A stretch of 64,000 nt of DNA from Candidatus Shapirobacteria bacterium (GCA_028704885.1 JAQWEN010000001.1:222679-286678); one strand, 5' to 3'. Counted from the stretch's first letter, positions 45,081 to 57,745 are shown. Made by a program: numbers and translations. Notes: generated by a model not told the origin, from the letters alone.

Positions 45081-45863
45081 ATGTCAAAAAGACTTAGATA
45101 TTTAATATCATCGATTTTAGCTACAATTGGTTTTTATTTTTTTTTAAGTTTACCCTATGAATCTCATTATTATGGTTTATTAGTGGGAATAGTTTTAATT
45201 ATTTTTTGTTTTTGGTTTGGATTGGGGATTGTCTTTGATAAAAGTATTTATATTCGATTAATGTCGATAGTAATGCCAGGAGCTTTTTTTATAGGATTTG
45301 CTTTATTTGCAACATTGTTACCCCAGACTTTTTTATTAAGTTTAATTTATAGCTTATTTTTTGGAATCATAATTTATGCGATGTTTCTGGTGGAAAATGT
45401 TTTTTTGGTAGCAATTGGATTTAGAACACCACCGCTTTATCGGGCGGCATATACAGTGGGATTAATTTTATTATTATTGACTTCTTTTTTCTTATTCGAC
45501 AGTCTTTTTTCTTTTAAATTTATTTATTGGTTGAACATATTGTCAGTTTTTGTGATTTCGATAATAATTTTTTTATATATATTTTTTAGCGTAACAATAG
45601 AATTACCCGACGATGGAAAAAATAAAAATGTTTGGTATTATGTTTTGATTCCGTCAATTTTAATGTCAGAAATGGCCTTAGTTTTAAGTTTTTTACCAGT
45701 TGGCATTTTTAAAGGTTCTATTTATTTAGTGATGATAGTTTATATTTTTGGAGGGTTATTACACGCTGAATTAAGAGATAGATTGTTTAAGAGAACTTGG
45801 TTGGTTTTTATTTGGGTAGGCGTGGCTACAATTTTAGGAATTATTATTACTGGATTGAGGTAA
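45081..45863 (+). CDS. hypothetical polytopic membrane protein
   Basis: About 8 TM helices. The start is placed at MSKRLRYL because of the promoter position; the track start at 45039 overlaps yebC. Confidence 0.4.
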   Translation: MSKRLRYLISSILATIGFYFFLSLPYESHYYGLLVGIVLIIFCFWFGLGIVFDKSIYIRLMSIVMPGAFFIGFALFATLLPQTFLLSLIYSLFFGIIIYAMFLVENVFLVAIGFRTPPLYRAAYTVGLILLLLTSFFLFDSLFSFKFIYWLNILSVFVISIIIFLYIFFSVTIELPDDGKNKNVWYYVLIPSILMSEMALVLSFLPVGIFKGSIYLVMIVYIFGGLLHAELRDRLFKRTWLVFIWVGVATILGIIITGLR

Positions 45864-46785
45864 TGGCAACAGTGGTGACAATATCCTGAACATTACAGCC
45901 GCGAGAAAGATCATTAATAGGTTTTCTGATACCTTGGGTAAGAGGCCCGTAAGCGTTGGCATTAGCAATTCTTTCAACTAATTTATAGGCAATGTTGCCG
46001 GAATTTAAATCGGGAAAAATTAGAATATTAGCTTGACCGCCAATACAATTACCAGGGAATTTACGATCGCAAATATGAGGAACTAAAGCAGCATCGCCTT
46101 GAAGTTCACCTTCGACAATTAAATCTGGTTGTTTTTGACGAATTAGGATAGTAGCCTCTCTGATTTTGTCGATAAACTCACCTTTGGCACTGTTGTTGGT
46201 GGAATAAGAAAGCATGGCGATTAGAGGAGTTTTTTGGGTGAGAAGTTTGAAACTAGCGGCGGTTTGAATGGCAATTTCCGATAAATCTTCTGCGGTTGGA
46301 TTAACATTTAAACCACAATCAGCAAAAAACAACAGTCCTTCTTCACCCAAACTTAAGTTTTTGGTTTCCATAATGAAAAAACTAGAAACTAATTTGGAAT
46401 CTTTGGCAGTTTTAATAATTTGAAGAGCAGGTCGAACGGTTTCAAGGGTGGTATGTTTGGCTCCGGCAACCATACCGTCGGCTAAACCAAGATGAACCAT
46501 TAAAGTGCCAAAATAAATAGGGTCTTTAACTAATTTATTAGCTTCGTCGATAGTCATAGCTTTTTCTTTTCTGAGTTCGAAAAGAGTTTGAGTTAATTGA
46601 TCAGCAAGAGTGGAAGTTTCCGGATTAATGTCACCATTTTTACCCAGAACTATGAGTTCAGCAATTTTTTGATCGCGAATGATTTTGGCAGCTTCAATAA
46701 CTCGATCATCGTCGCCTTCAGCCAAAATGATTTTTTTATAATTAATCTTGGCTTGGCTATAAATATTTTCAATAATAGGATTCAT
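45847..46785 (-). CDS. pta: phosphate acetyltransferase (phosphotransacetylase)
   Basis: PTA_PTB family: ILAEGDDDRVIEAAKII ... SGNIAYKL ... Length 312 aa. Confidence 0.85.
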   Translation of the reverse strand: MNPIIENIYSQAKINYKKIILAEGDDDRVIEAAKIIRDQKIAELIVLGKNGDINPETSTLADQLTQTLFELRKEKAMTIDEANKLVKDPIYFGTLMVHLGLADGMVAGAKHTTLETVRPALQIIKTAKDSKLVSSFFIMETKNLSLGEEGLLFFADCGLNVNPTAEDLSEIAIQTAASFKLLTQKTPLIAMLSYSTNNSAKGEFIDKIREATILIRQKQPDLIVEGELQGDAALVPHICDRKFPGNCIGGQANILIFPDLNSGNIAYKLVERIANANAYGPLTQGIRKPINDLSRGCNVQDIVTTVAITSIQ

Positions 46786-47664
46786 ATGGATAATCTATTT
46801 TAAGCTGAATCTATTTATATTCAATATATAAAATAATACCTTAAGATAGGCATATTATTAATATAGAAGGGGAATGCAGGGGAATTGGAGATCAGAATTT
46901 CGGTTTGTCAGATATCAGATTTCAGCTAAAACAAGACAATAATGAAGCTAAACTAATTAAATAAATTAAAGCTAAATTAGGTTCAAAAAAAGATAGTAGA
47001 CGAACAGGGCAGAGGGGAGTCCTATAATATACAACATCCTATAATATTTTCACGAATTATCCTATAGTTTTCACGGAGCAGGTGATACAGTGTGATATAG
47101 TCTCTGTGGAAAACTTGTATTCGGCCAAGTGTATCAAAATGAACTCATCAAGAGGGAGGAGTATGGGTTAATTAGACGTTAATTAATAATGAAGAATTAA
47201 TAATTAGATGAAAATATCAGAGGAGAGAGAAGAGTTTTAATTCCTATCTCCTAGCAGAAGGCGGTTCAATATGCTATGTCGCACAATGTATCTTTTGCGA
47301 CTCTATCTAAAGATTTAGGCAGGGGGAGTACCACTTTGGTGGATTAATTTTAAATTTTTAATTTACAATTTTTCTAACTTATTTTTATCTAATTATTCTT
47401 ATTTATTAATTATGGTTAAATTCCCCATTTGACTTCCCGGCTTATAAATTGTCTTATCAGTCTCAAATTCTAGGACTTGACTCCCCTATGCCTTTTTCGA
47501 ACAGGTGACTTTGATGTTTTTGCCTAAAGATAGGCAAATTGAACCTAAAACGTCACCAGAGGCCCTAGAAATGAAGATTGTATAATTGCCGATTACTTTT
47601 ACCTGTTGTTTATTAAATTAACTGTAAGGTCTTGGCAAAACTGACTATCATGATAAGATAGTTT

Positions 47665-48612
47665 ATGGAAAATGATTTAGACATTTTGATTAGACGATTT
47701 TTGGAACACCTAGAAATTGAAAGAAATTGTTCAAGATTAACAATTAGAAATTATCAACATTATTTAGATGTTTTAGTTCATTTCTTGTCAGAGGAAAATA
47801 AAGACAAGAAGTTAACAATAAATAATATAACTTCAGATGTAATAAGAAGGTTTAGACTATTTTTAGCCAGACAGAAGGGAAGTATCGGAGAAATGAAATT
47901 GGTAACTCAGGGTTATTATGTAATTGCTTTAAGATCGTTTTTAAAATGGTTAGTAAAGAATGATTATAAAGTACTGCAGCCGGAAAAATTAGATGTGCCA
48001 AGAACTAAGGATCATTCACTTAAATTTTTAGATGGGGATCAGATGGAGAGACTTTTAGTCCAACCACTCCCCTCTAGCAAAAGCGGTTTTAGAGACAGAG
48101 CAATTTTGGAACTTTTATTTTCAACTGGATTGCGGGTGTCGGAATTGGTTCGCTTGAATCGTGATCAAATTAATTTAAAAACTCGAGAGTTCGGAGTGAT
48201 TGGAAAAGGCGGAAGATCAAGAGTGGTCTTTATTTCTATTCAAGCAGCTGAACATGTCGCAAAATATTTGATGAGCCGGGAAGACAAATATAAACCCCTG
48301 TTTATAAGAAATCTAAGACCGAATGAAATTCCGGTTAGTGATGAAGCAGTAAGGTTAACGGCCAGATCAATTCAAAGATTAGTAAAACATTATGTAAAAA
48401 CGGCTAATTTGCCAGTGGAGGCAACACCACATACGTTAAGACATTCGATGGCGACTGATCTTCTTAGAGCTGGAGCAGATTTGAGATCGGTTCAAGAAAT
48501 TTTGGGTCATAAGAACATTGCCACGACTCAAATTTATACTCATGTAACCGATGCCAGATTACGTGAAATTCATAATAAATATCACAGTGGTAACAGAGGT
48601 GAGAATAAATAA
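47665..48612 (+). CDS. tyrosine recombinase, XerC/XerD-like (phage-integrase family)
   Basis: C-terminal catalytic region HTLRHSMATDLLRAGADLRSVQEILGHKNIATTQIYTHV (R ... HxxR ... Y) and an N-terminal SAM-like core-binding domain. Confidence 0.8.
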   Translation: MENDLDILIRRFLEHLEIERNCSRLTIRNYQHYLDVLVHFLSEENKDKKLTINNITSDVIRRFRLFLARQKGSIGEMKLVTQGYYVIALRSFLKWLVKNDYKVLQPEKLDVPRTKDHSLKFLDGDQMERLLVQPLPSSKSGFRDRAILELLFSTGLRVSELVRLNRDQINLKTREFGVIGKGGRSRVVFISIQAAEHVAKYLMSREDKYKPLFIRNLRPNEIPVSDEAVRLTARSIQRLVKHYVKTANLPVEATPHTLRHSMATDLLRAGADLRSVQEILGHKNIATTQIYTHVTDARLREIHNKYHSGNRGENK

Positions 48613-48816
48613 AGCTTATACCCTATAGTGACGCCATTTTCCCAAAAAATAGTCCCCTATCCTGTTTTGATAAAATTTACTTTTGAATGATAGTTATTTA
48701 TCCCTAAATTAGGCCAAAAAATAAATTGTTGGGTAATTTAGCACTCTTGTAATTTAACTGCTAATTGTTACTTATTGAATATGTACACCCTATAGTATCA
48801 CTATTAATCCCCTACT

Positions 48817-51471
48817 CTACTTAACTTTTTCGTCTTCTATGGTGGAATCGTTTTTATCGATAATAGTCATGGCACTTAATTTGTCATCAGTGGATTTAAA
48901 TCTCATAAGAATGACACCTTTAGTGTTGCGGCTAAGAGTTGGAATATTCTTTAAAGGTAATTTAATGGTGATGGCTTTTTTAGAAACTAAGACAACTTGG
49001 TCGTCAGTTTCAGAGACAACTTGAGCGGCAGCAATCTTACCATTTTTAGTACTGAGATTAGCGACCTTGATACCAATACCGCCTCTTTTTTGAGATGGGT
49101 AGAGATAGACATCAGTTCTTTTGCCGACACCATTTTCAGTGACAACTAAAAGATGTTTAAAGATACCTTTTTCTTTTTTATCAATAACACTAGGAACAAC
49201 ATCCATACCGACTAAAGTGTCGCCTTCTTTAAGAAGAATGCCGCGAACACCTCGAGTTTGGCGACCCATAGGTCGACAATCTTTTTCATCAAAGCGAATA
49301 CATTTGCCATTTTTAGTAACCATAAATACTTGATTGTCACCTTCGGTTAATTTGGCCCAGGTAAGTTGATCGTTAAGATCGAGTTTAATGGCGGCTAAAC
49401 CGGTTTGGCGAATATTCTTGAATTTATCTATGGAAGTTTTTTTAACGACTCCATTTTTAGTAGCGAGTAGAATAAATTTAGCTTTGGTATTTTTACCAAT
49501 TGGAAGGATAGTTTGGACAGTTTCACCTTGAACAATATTAATTAGATTAACAACAGCTTGACCTTTGGCTTGTCGGGTGCCTTCCTGGACATCCCAAACT
49601 TTGGTTTTGAAAACTCGGCCACGATTAGTGAAGAACAAAAGATCGTCGTGAGTATCAACCGAAAGCATACATTCAATTTCGTCTTCATTTTTAGTGGTCA
49701 TACCAACAACACCAACGCCGCCACGTTTTTGAGTGTGATAGGTTTCTTTGGCAACGCGTTTCATGTAACCAGTTTTGGTTAAAGCAACTAAAACAGCTTC
49801 ATTAGGAACTAAATCTTCTTCACTAAATTCTTCTAATCCACGGGCGTAAATTTTGGTTCTTCTATTATCACCATATTTTTCCATGATTTCATTATTTTCT
49901 TGTTTGAGAACAGCAGTCATGACTTCTGGTTTAGTAATAATATCAGTAAGATTGGCAATAGCTGTTTCTATTTCATTATATTCATCATCAAGTTTTTGTC
50001 TTTCAAGTCCAGAAAGTTTCTTAAGCTGCATTTCTAAAATAGCTTGGGCTTGTAGATCAGTAAATCCAAATTTTTCCATTAACTTACCTTTTGGATCTTC
50101 TTCTGGTTTGGTATTACGAATAGTTTTAATAACTTCTTCGATGAAATCAAGAGCTTTTTTAAGACCTTCTAAGATATGGGCACGCAATAAATCGCCTTTA
50201 AGATCATAAATACTGCGGCGGCGAATAACGTTTTCTCGATGACGTAAAAAAAGAAGTAACATCTGTCGTAAATTTAGAGTTTGAGGAACATTGTCGACTA
50301 AGGCCAACATATTGGCAGAATATGATGATTGAAGAGCGGTATATTTGTAAAGTTTATTTAAAATGGACTTTGGCTTACCTATTTTTTTAATTTCGACGAC
50401 AACTCGAATACCATGACGATCAGACTCATCACGAAGGTCGGAAATTCCAATGATTTTTTTATCACGAACTAAATCAGCAATTTTTTTAACTAATTCAGCT
50501 TTGTTTACTTGATATGGTAACTCAGTAATAATAATTCTGATTCGGCCGGATTTAGTTTCTTCAATATTAGTTTTGCCACGGACAATGAATTTACCACGAC
50601 CAGTGGAATACATTTCAATTATCCCGGTTTTTCCATAAATTTCACCAGCGGTTGGAAAATCTGGTCCTTGAACAAATTTAACTAAATCTTCAACAGTGGC
50701 ACTGGTTTCAAAATTAAAATGCTCTTTTGCTAATTCAAAAGCTGGTCTCAAAACCATTTCTTGAGTATTTTTAGGTGGAGCTAAAAAATTATTTAACTCT
50801 TCTTTGTTTTCGATTCTTTCTAATCGACTGTTGTTTAAAATAAAATCGATAGCTTGGCAAAGTTCTTTTAAGTTATGAGGAGGAATACGAGTAGCCATAC
50901 CGACAGCAATACCATCGGCGCCATTTAAAAGTAGAGTGGGAATTTTAGTTGGAAGAACGGATGGTTCTTTTTCGGTGGCATCGAAATTATCAACCATATC
51001 AACAGTTTCTTTGTTTATATCAGCCACTATTTCGGTAGTAATTTTATCTAATTTGACTTCGGTATAACGCATGGCGGCTGGAGGATCACCATCAATGGAA
51101 CCGAAATTTCCTTGGCCTTTAATAAGAGTGTAGCGAAGAGAAAAATCCTGAGCTAAACGAACAAGGGCGCCATACACAGACATATCACCATGGGGATGAT
51201 ATTTACCTAGAACATCACCAACAACTTTGGCTGATTTACAAGTTTTGCCGCCACTACCGAGACCCATTTTATCCATGTCAAAAATTATGCGGCGGTGGAC
51301 TGGTTTAAGGCCATCTCTAACATCAGGTAAGGCTCTAGAAACGATAACTGACATGGCATAGTCAAGATAAGAGGTTTCCATTTCGGGAACAATATCAACT
51401 TCCATAATTTTACCAATACTTGAATTAGTTCTTTTAATGTCAGTGACAATAGTATTTTTTTCTTCAGTCAT
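48817..51471 (-). CDS. gyrA: DNA gyrase subunit A
   Basis: Active-site region AMRYTE, the QRDR-like [21 protein letters not shown], and the GyrA box and C-terminal beta-pinwheel repeats (QRGGIGI). Confidence 0.95.
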   Translation of the reverse strand: MTEEKNTIVTDIKRTNSSIGKIMEVDIVPEMETSYLDYAMSVIVSRALPDVRDGLKPVHRRIIFDMDKMGLGSGGKTCKSAKVVGDVLGKYHPHGDMSVYGALVRLAQDFSLRYTLIKGQGNFGSIDGDPPAAMRYTEVKLDKITTEIVADINKETVDMVDNFDATEKEPSVLPTKIPTLLLNGADGIAVGMATRIPPHNLKELCQAIDFILNNSRLERIENKEELNNFLAPPKNTQEMVLRPAFELAKEHFNFETSATVEDLVKFVQGPDFPTAGEIYGKTGIIEMYSTGRGKFIVRGKTNIEETKSGRIRIIITELPYQVNKAELVKKIADLVRDKKIIGISDLRDESDRHGIRVVVEIKKIGKPKSILNKLYKYTALQSSYSANMLALVDNVPQTLNLRQMLLLFLRHRENVIRRRSIYDLKGDLLRAHILEGLKKALDFIEEVIKTIRNTKPEEDPKGKLMEKFGFTDLQAQAILEMQLKKLSGLERQKLDDEYNEIETAIANLTDIITKPEVMTAVLKQENNEIMEKYGDNRRTKIYARGLEEFSEEDLVPNEAVLVALTKTGYMKRVAKETYHTQKRGGVGVVGMTTKNEDEIECMLSVDTHDDLLFFTNRGRVFKTKVWDVQEGTRQAKGQAVVNLINIVQGETVQTILPIGKNTKAKFILLATKNGVVKKTSIDKFKNIRQTGLAAIKLDLNDQLTWAKLTEGDNQVFMVTKNGKCIRFDEKDCRPMGRQTRGVRGILLKEGDTLVGMDVVPSVIDKKEKGIFKHLLVVTENGVGKRTDVYLYPSQKRGGIGIKVANLSTKNGKIAAAQVVSETDDQVVLVSKKAITIKLPLKNIPTLSRNTKGVILMRFKSTDDKLSAMTIIDKNDSTIEDEKVK

Positions 51472-51477
51472 ATTAAA

Positions 51478-53430
<1,953 letters not shown>

Positions 53431-53533
53431 CTAGCAGAGCAAAATTAGGTTTACAATAAGCAAAATATTCGTATCTTTAGGATAAATATATTTATAAAAA
53501 AGGTTTAAAATACAGTGAAAATTATGCCCTATT

Positions 53534-54076
53534 TTAGGCATTTTTATGTGTTAATTTAGATACAACATCAAAACTTATGACAGAAGTGGCAACTAAGACG
53601 TTTAAAGATATATTTATCCCAAACATAGGTATTTCTACTACTTTATCGACCAAATTTAAAACATCTTTGGAAATTCCATAAGATTCACTGCCAGCAATAA
53701 TGGCAACTTTTGATTTATATTTGGCATCTAAGTAATTAATACTGTCTTTTGTTTGTTCACAAGCGATTATCTGATAACCATCTTTTTTTAATTGGGAAAT
53801 GCATTCTTTGGTGCTTTTATATTGTTCCCAAGGAACCCATTTCCAAGTGCCAATAGAAGCACGGTGGATTTTAATATTGGGAGGAGTAACAACTGGTCCA
53901 CAAAGACAGATTTTTTCAACAGCTAAAGCATCGGCTAGTCTAAAAAAAGAACCGATATTGTAAGTGTCGAGAACATTGTCGAGAACTAAAATAATGGGGT
54001 TACGTTTAATTTCCTTTTGTAATTTTTGAGAATCCCCTACTTTAGATTGGCGGATTTGATGAGAATTTAATTTCAT
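53534..54076 (-). CDS. SpoU/TrmH-family RNA 2'-O-methyltransferase
   Basis: SPOUT fold pattern (ILVLDNVLDTYNIGSFFRLADAL ... IIAGSESYGIS). Length 180 aa. Confidence 0.55.
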   Translation of the reverse strand: MKLNSHQIRQSKVGDSQKLQKEIKRNPIILVLDNVLDTYNIGSFFRLADALAVEKICLCGPVVTPPNIKIHRASIGTWKWVPWEQYKSTKECISQLKKDGYQIIACEQTKDSINYLDAKYKSKVAIIAGSESYGISKDVLNLVDKVVEIPMFGINISLNVLVATSVISFDVVSKLTHKNA

Positions 54077-54095
54077 AGGTTATTTTAACAAAGAA

Positions 54096-54125
54096 AAACC
54101 CTCCACCGGTGGTAGAGGGTTTTTA
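54096..54125 (-). terminator. rho-independent terminator (hairpin with flanking A/T tracts) after the thioredoxin-like gene
   Basis: AAAAACCCTCCACCGGTGGTAGAGGGTTTTT: a GC stem around the CACCGGTG palindrome, A-tract on one side and T-tract on the other. Confidence 0.5.
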
Positions 54126-54138
54126 ATTATTTACAAAA

Positions 54139-55176
54139 TTAATTGCAATTAGCAGCAGGAGCAGCCCCACTGTCAGCGGCTGCAGCAGCATTTGGATCTT
54201 CAAGAACGGTTTTACATTCTTTTGGAGCTTTATTGAAAGCACTACAAAGAGCTTCTTTAATAACGTCTGGAGTTCTGGTTTGACTTAAACTGAAGACTTT
54301 ATTACCGATTTTAAGATTTTGATCAGTTGAAGTTGAATCCACTTCAGGAGGGAAAACTTGATCACCAATCATTAGGGATGGTGAACCTTGGATTTTGTAT
54401 TTAGTAGTATCAGCAATTTCTTTTTCAATTAGGCTGGCAGCATCTTTATTGAAACATTCTTTAATTTTATTGGTGTCATAACCAGCTTTTTGGGCTTGTT
54501 CTTCCCAACATGTGTCGGCATTTTTGGAAGTACAATTATCATTGACATTTTTGACGAAATCCCACCAAAGTTTTTTATCTTCAGTAAGGTTATAGGCACA
54601 AATTTCGCGAACATCTTGATTAGCTTCGATTCGACCGTGAAGGGATGAATAAAGATTATTACCTATTTTTAAATATTTGCTTTCATCGTTACAGCTTTTG
54701 ACCATGGCAGCGATTTGATTTTGACAGTCAGCCTTATCTTTAAGTTGGCCACCACTGTTTTTGACATAAGTATCACATTGAGCAGGATCTGGACTACTGG
54801 TTTTACAATAAGCGGCTAAATTGCCTTCAATTTTTTCAAAAATATAACGAGGTTTAATTTCAACTTTATTACCAAGAAGATCGAAAATTGGTCTTAAGGT
54901 AGTTTCCATTTGATTACCGTATGGACAAAAACTCATAACATAGAAATCTAATTGAGGTTTATTAGCTTTGGTGGCGGCAAAAACATTTTTGGAAGTTAGT
55001 TTGGCAGTGTCAGAACCAGCTATTTTAAGTTTAATTTTCATTAAAACAACTCCAGCTGCAAGTGAGGCACCGGCTAATAATAAGGAAAAAATAATAGCGG
55101 CAACGAGAGAGACTTGAATAGTTTTTCTTGCTGGAAGAAGTTCGTTTTTTTCTTTTTTAATTATTTTTTTTGGCAT
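54139..55176 (-). CDS. membrane-anchored thioredoxin-fold / DsbA-like thiol:disulfide oxidoreductase
   Basis: N-terminal TM, a CxxC active site (FCPYG), about 12 additional Cys, and an Ala-rich C-terminal tail. Confidence 0.5.
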   Translation of the reverse strand: MPKKIIKKEKNELLPARKTIQVSLVAAIIFSLLLAGASLAAGVVLMKIKLKIAGSDTAKLTSKNVFAATKANKPQLDFYVMSFCPYGNQMETTLRPIFDLLGNKVEIKPRYIFEKIEGNLAAYCKTSSPDPAQCDTYVKNSGGQLKDKADCQNQIAAMVKSCNDESKYLKIGNNLYSSLHGRIEANQDVREICAYNLTEDKKLWWDFVKNVNDNCTSKNADTCWEEQAQKAGYDTNKIKECFNKDAASLIEKEIADTTKYKIQGSPSLMIGDQVFPPEVDSTSTDQNLKIGNKVFSLSQTRTPDVIKEALCSAFNKAPKECKTVLEDPNAAAAADSGAAPAANCN

Positions 55177-55190
55177 ATTTTTATAAATTA

Positions 55191-55385
55191 TTAATTTTCT
55201 TCAATAGTAATTGCCCCAACTGGACAAGCTTCGACTGCTGATTTAACAGCGTCAGTAATTTTTTCTGGTTGTTTTTTTACTTTAGCTTTGTAGGTAGTAG
55301 TATCCATCTCAAAAGTTTCTGGGTCCATTAAAGGACAAGTATTACAACCAATACATTTGTTTTGATCAAGTATTATTTTAGACAT
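55191..55385 (-). CDS. small ferredoxin (single Fe-S cluster)
   Basis: CIGCNTCP ... CP Cys motif in 64 aa. Confidence 0.6.
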   Translation of the reverse strand: MSKIILDQNKCIGCNTCPLMDPETFEMDTTTYKAKVKKQPEKITDAVKSAVEACPVGAITIEEN

Positions 55386-55448
55386 GCTTTTATATTACTT
55401 GATTTGATTCTGATGTCAATATTAATTTAATTGATATAATATGATTCT

Positions 55449-56438
55449 ATGGAAGTTAAGTCGCAAATTAGTAATTTGAAAAATCATCAGATTTTTTTGG
55501 AGACAAAAAGGTTAATTGATGTTTTTTTACAAAAAAAAGCTTTTATAAAAGTAGATACTCCCCTACTTTCGCCCAAATTAATTCCAGAGTCATATTTGGA
55601 AATTTTTGAGACAGAAAATTTATATTCTGATAATAAAGAGAAGTTATATTTGATCCCTTCACCGGAATTATTTTTAAAGAGATTGATCGTTAAGGGAATT
55701 GGTAATTGTTATTCATTGGGAAAATCTTTTCGAAATAATGAGCCGGTAGAGAAAAAACATTCCTATGAATTTACAATGTTAGAGTTTTATCGAGTAAATG
55801 CAGATTATTTTGATATTGCGGAAGATGTAATGAATTTAATTAGATTTATAACTAAAGAATTATTTGGAAAAGAAATTATTAATTATCAAGGAAAGATTAT
55901 TGATTTGGGAAAATTTGAAAAAATTACTGTGGCCGAGGCTTTTAAAAAATATGCCGAAATAACGGATATTTTTGATCATAAAGAATTTTTTAAACAGGCA
56001 AAAGAAAAAGGTTATCGAGTGGAAAATATGGATTATACCGATGTCTGGTCGCAAATTTATGGAATAGAAGTGGAGCCAAATTTGGGAAAAAATGGCTTAG
56101 TAACTTTTATTTATGAATATCCACCTGAGTTAGCGGCCATTATTAAAATTAATGAGAAAAATATTGCCGAAAGATTTGAATTTTATATAGAAGGAATTGA
56201 AATGGGTAATTGCGGTAACGAAGGAGTAATTATCGAAGAATATAAAAAAAGATTTGAAAAAGATATTGATATTCGGCAAAAACTGGGGTTAATAAATTAC
56301 AAAGTAGATGATGAATTTATTGAGATTTTGGAAAAATTACCAAAATGTGCCGGAATTGCAATTGGAGTGGACAGATTGGCAATGATTTTTGCTGATGTAA
56401 AAAGTATTAACGATTTAAAATTAATTACAATTGAATAA
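55449..56438 (+). CDS. epmA: EF-P lysine beta-lysyltransferase EpmA (GenX/PoxA; LysRS class II catalytic-domain paralog)
   Basis: Class II aaRS motifs without an anticodon-binding domain (329 aa): LGKSFRNNE ... EFTMLEFYRV ... GIAIGVDRL. Confidence 0.7.
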   Translation: MEVKSQISNLKNHQIFLETKRLIDVFLQKKAFIKVDTPLLSPKLIPESYLEIFETENLYSDNKEKLYLIPSPELFLKRLIVKGIGNCYSLGKSFRNNEPVEKKHSYEFTMLEFYRVNADYFDIAEDVMNLIRFITKELFGKEIINYQGKIIDLGKFEKITVAEAFKKYAEITDIFDHKEFFKQAKEKGYRVENMDYTDVWSQIYGIEVEPNLGKNGLVTFIYEYPPELAAIIKINEKNIAERFEFYIEGIEMGNCGNEGVIIEEYKKRFEKDIDIRQKLGLINYKVDDEFIEILEKLPKCAGIAIGVDRLAMIFADVKSINDLKLITIE

Positions 56439-57255
56439 AATGAAAGATATTTTTTTTGAAGACAAAGTAACTCCAGTTAAAGGTTTGATCAGAAGATATC
56501 ATGCTAGAGTTTTGGTTGAATTGACAATGAAATGTCCAATTGATTGCGAATTTTGCTTTAGAAAATGGAAAAAGGAAGAAAATAGGGAAACTTTGACTAA
56601 AAATGAAGCGGATAAAATTGTGGAATATATTTCTAAAAATAAAGAGATTACAGAAGTAATTTTTTCTGGTGGTGAACCTTTGATGGCGGTGGGCTTAATG
56701 GAATATTTAATTAAAAAATTAAAAGTTTTAGATCAAATAAAAATTTTTAGAATTCATAGTCGAGCAGTGGTGACCGCTCCCCTGCTGGTTTCGGAAAAAT
56801 TTTTGAAAATTTTAAAAGGAAAATATAAACAGATAATTTATCTTTCAATTCACATCAACAGTGATAAAGAATTAAACTCAGAAGTGGAATTAGCTATTGA
56901 AAAGATCCGAAAAACTGGGGTAATTTTATATTCTCAATCAGTGTTTCTGAAAGGAATTAATGATTCAGTTGAAGTTTTAGAAGAACTATTTTCCAGATTA
57001 ATTGAAATTGGAGTTAGACCTTACAATATTTATCAATGTAATAAAATTGAAGGTATTGAACATTTTATAGTGCCATTAAAAAAAGAAAGAGAGATTATAA
57101 CAGAACTAAGAAAAAGAATTTCCGGTTTAGCCTGTCCGACTTTGATTTTTGATGTTCCAGAAAATGCTAATAAAATTCCAGTGTCATTGGATTTTTGGGA
57201 GGACAAAAAAACAATAATTGATTTTAATGGAAAGAAGTTTTTGATCGACGAATAA
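56431..57255 (+). CDS. epmB: KamA-family radical SAM protein (EpmB / lysine 2,3-aminomutase-like)
   Basis: CPIDCEFC radical SAM CxxxCxxC and a KamA-like core. Overlaps the epmA stop (operon). Confidence 0.65.
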   Translation: MNKMKDIFFEDKVTPVKGLIRRYHARVLVELTMKCPIDCEFCFRKWKKEENRETLTKNEADKIVEYISKNKEITEVIFSGGEPLMAVGLMEYLIKKLKVLDQIKIFRIHSRAVVTAPLLVSEKFLKILKGKYKQIIYLSIHINSDKELNSEVELAIEKIRKTGVILYSQSVFLKGINDSVEVLEELFSRLIEIGVRPYNIYQCNKIEGIEHFIVPLKKEREIITELRKRISGLACPTLIFDVPENANKIPVSLDFWEDKKTIIDFNGKKFLIDE

Positions 57256-57745
57256 TATCTTGATTTTGAATGAGAAATTCCCCTGCCTTGATGATGGCTC
57301 TTAAGAGTAAATCGATTCTATCTTCGGCTTCATTTCGGGATAAATTTTGAGAAGTGCCAGGAAAATAATGAAAAATTTCGTTTCGGCCAAATTTCCAGGC
57401 GTCCCAAAGATTTTCGGCTAATTCTTCTCCGTTTTCATGAATGTCGGATAGCTTTTGAAAAACAGAAAATCTTTTATAGCGAAGGGATGGATTTAGGGTT
57501 TTACCAACTCTGAATCGGTCACTTTCATAATCATTTTCAGAAATTATGCCTATTTTAAGGAAAAAATCTTTTAAAAAACCTTCATAAGCTTTGGAGATTG
57601 GAGCAACAAAAAAGGCATAATCATTAATATGATCCTCTAATTTCATTTTTAGAATAATTGTTTCAACATCAGTTAAAAGATTCTGTTGCTGCGGGGTTAA
57701 AAACTTTTTGGCTTCGTCAAAAAGTTGGGGTGATGACATAATCAT
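57224..57745 (-). CDS. hypothetical alpha-helical protein with a HEPN-like R-x4-H motif
   Basis: WKFGRNEIFHYF contains Rx4H. No other catalytic motifs. It overlaps the downstream membrane-protein gene by 4 nt. Confidence 0.3.
   Translation of the reverse strand: MIMSSPQLFDEAKKFLTPQQQNLLTDVETIILKMKLEDHINDYAFFVAPISKAYEGFLKDFFLKIGIISENDYESDRFRVGKTLNPSLRYKRFSVFQKLSDIHENGEELAENLWDAWKFGRNEIFHYFPGTSQNLSRNEAEDRIDLLLRAIIKAGEFLIQNQDIIRRSKTSFH

Noticed and set aside
46786-47664. tmRNA, RNase P RNA or oriC in the 880-nt pta-xerC spacer
   Set aside because: No GGAAAGTCCGG P4 signature, no tRNA-like 3' end (GGTTCGANTCC ... CCACCA) and no ANDENYALAA-like tag frame were found by eye. There are only one or two weak DnaA-box-like 9-mers, and dnaA is not adjacent. 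The region is left as unexplained structured non-coding DNA (see findings).
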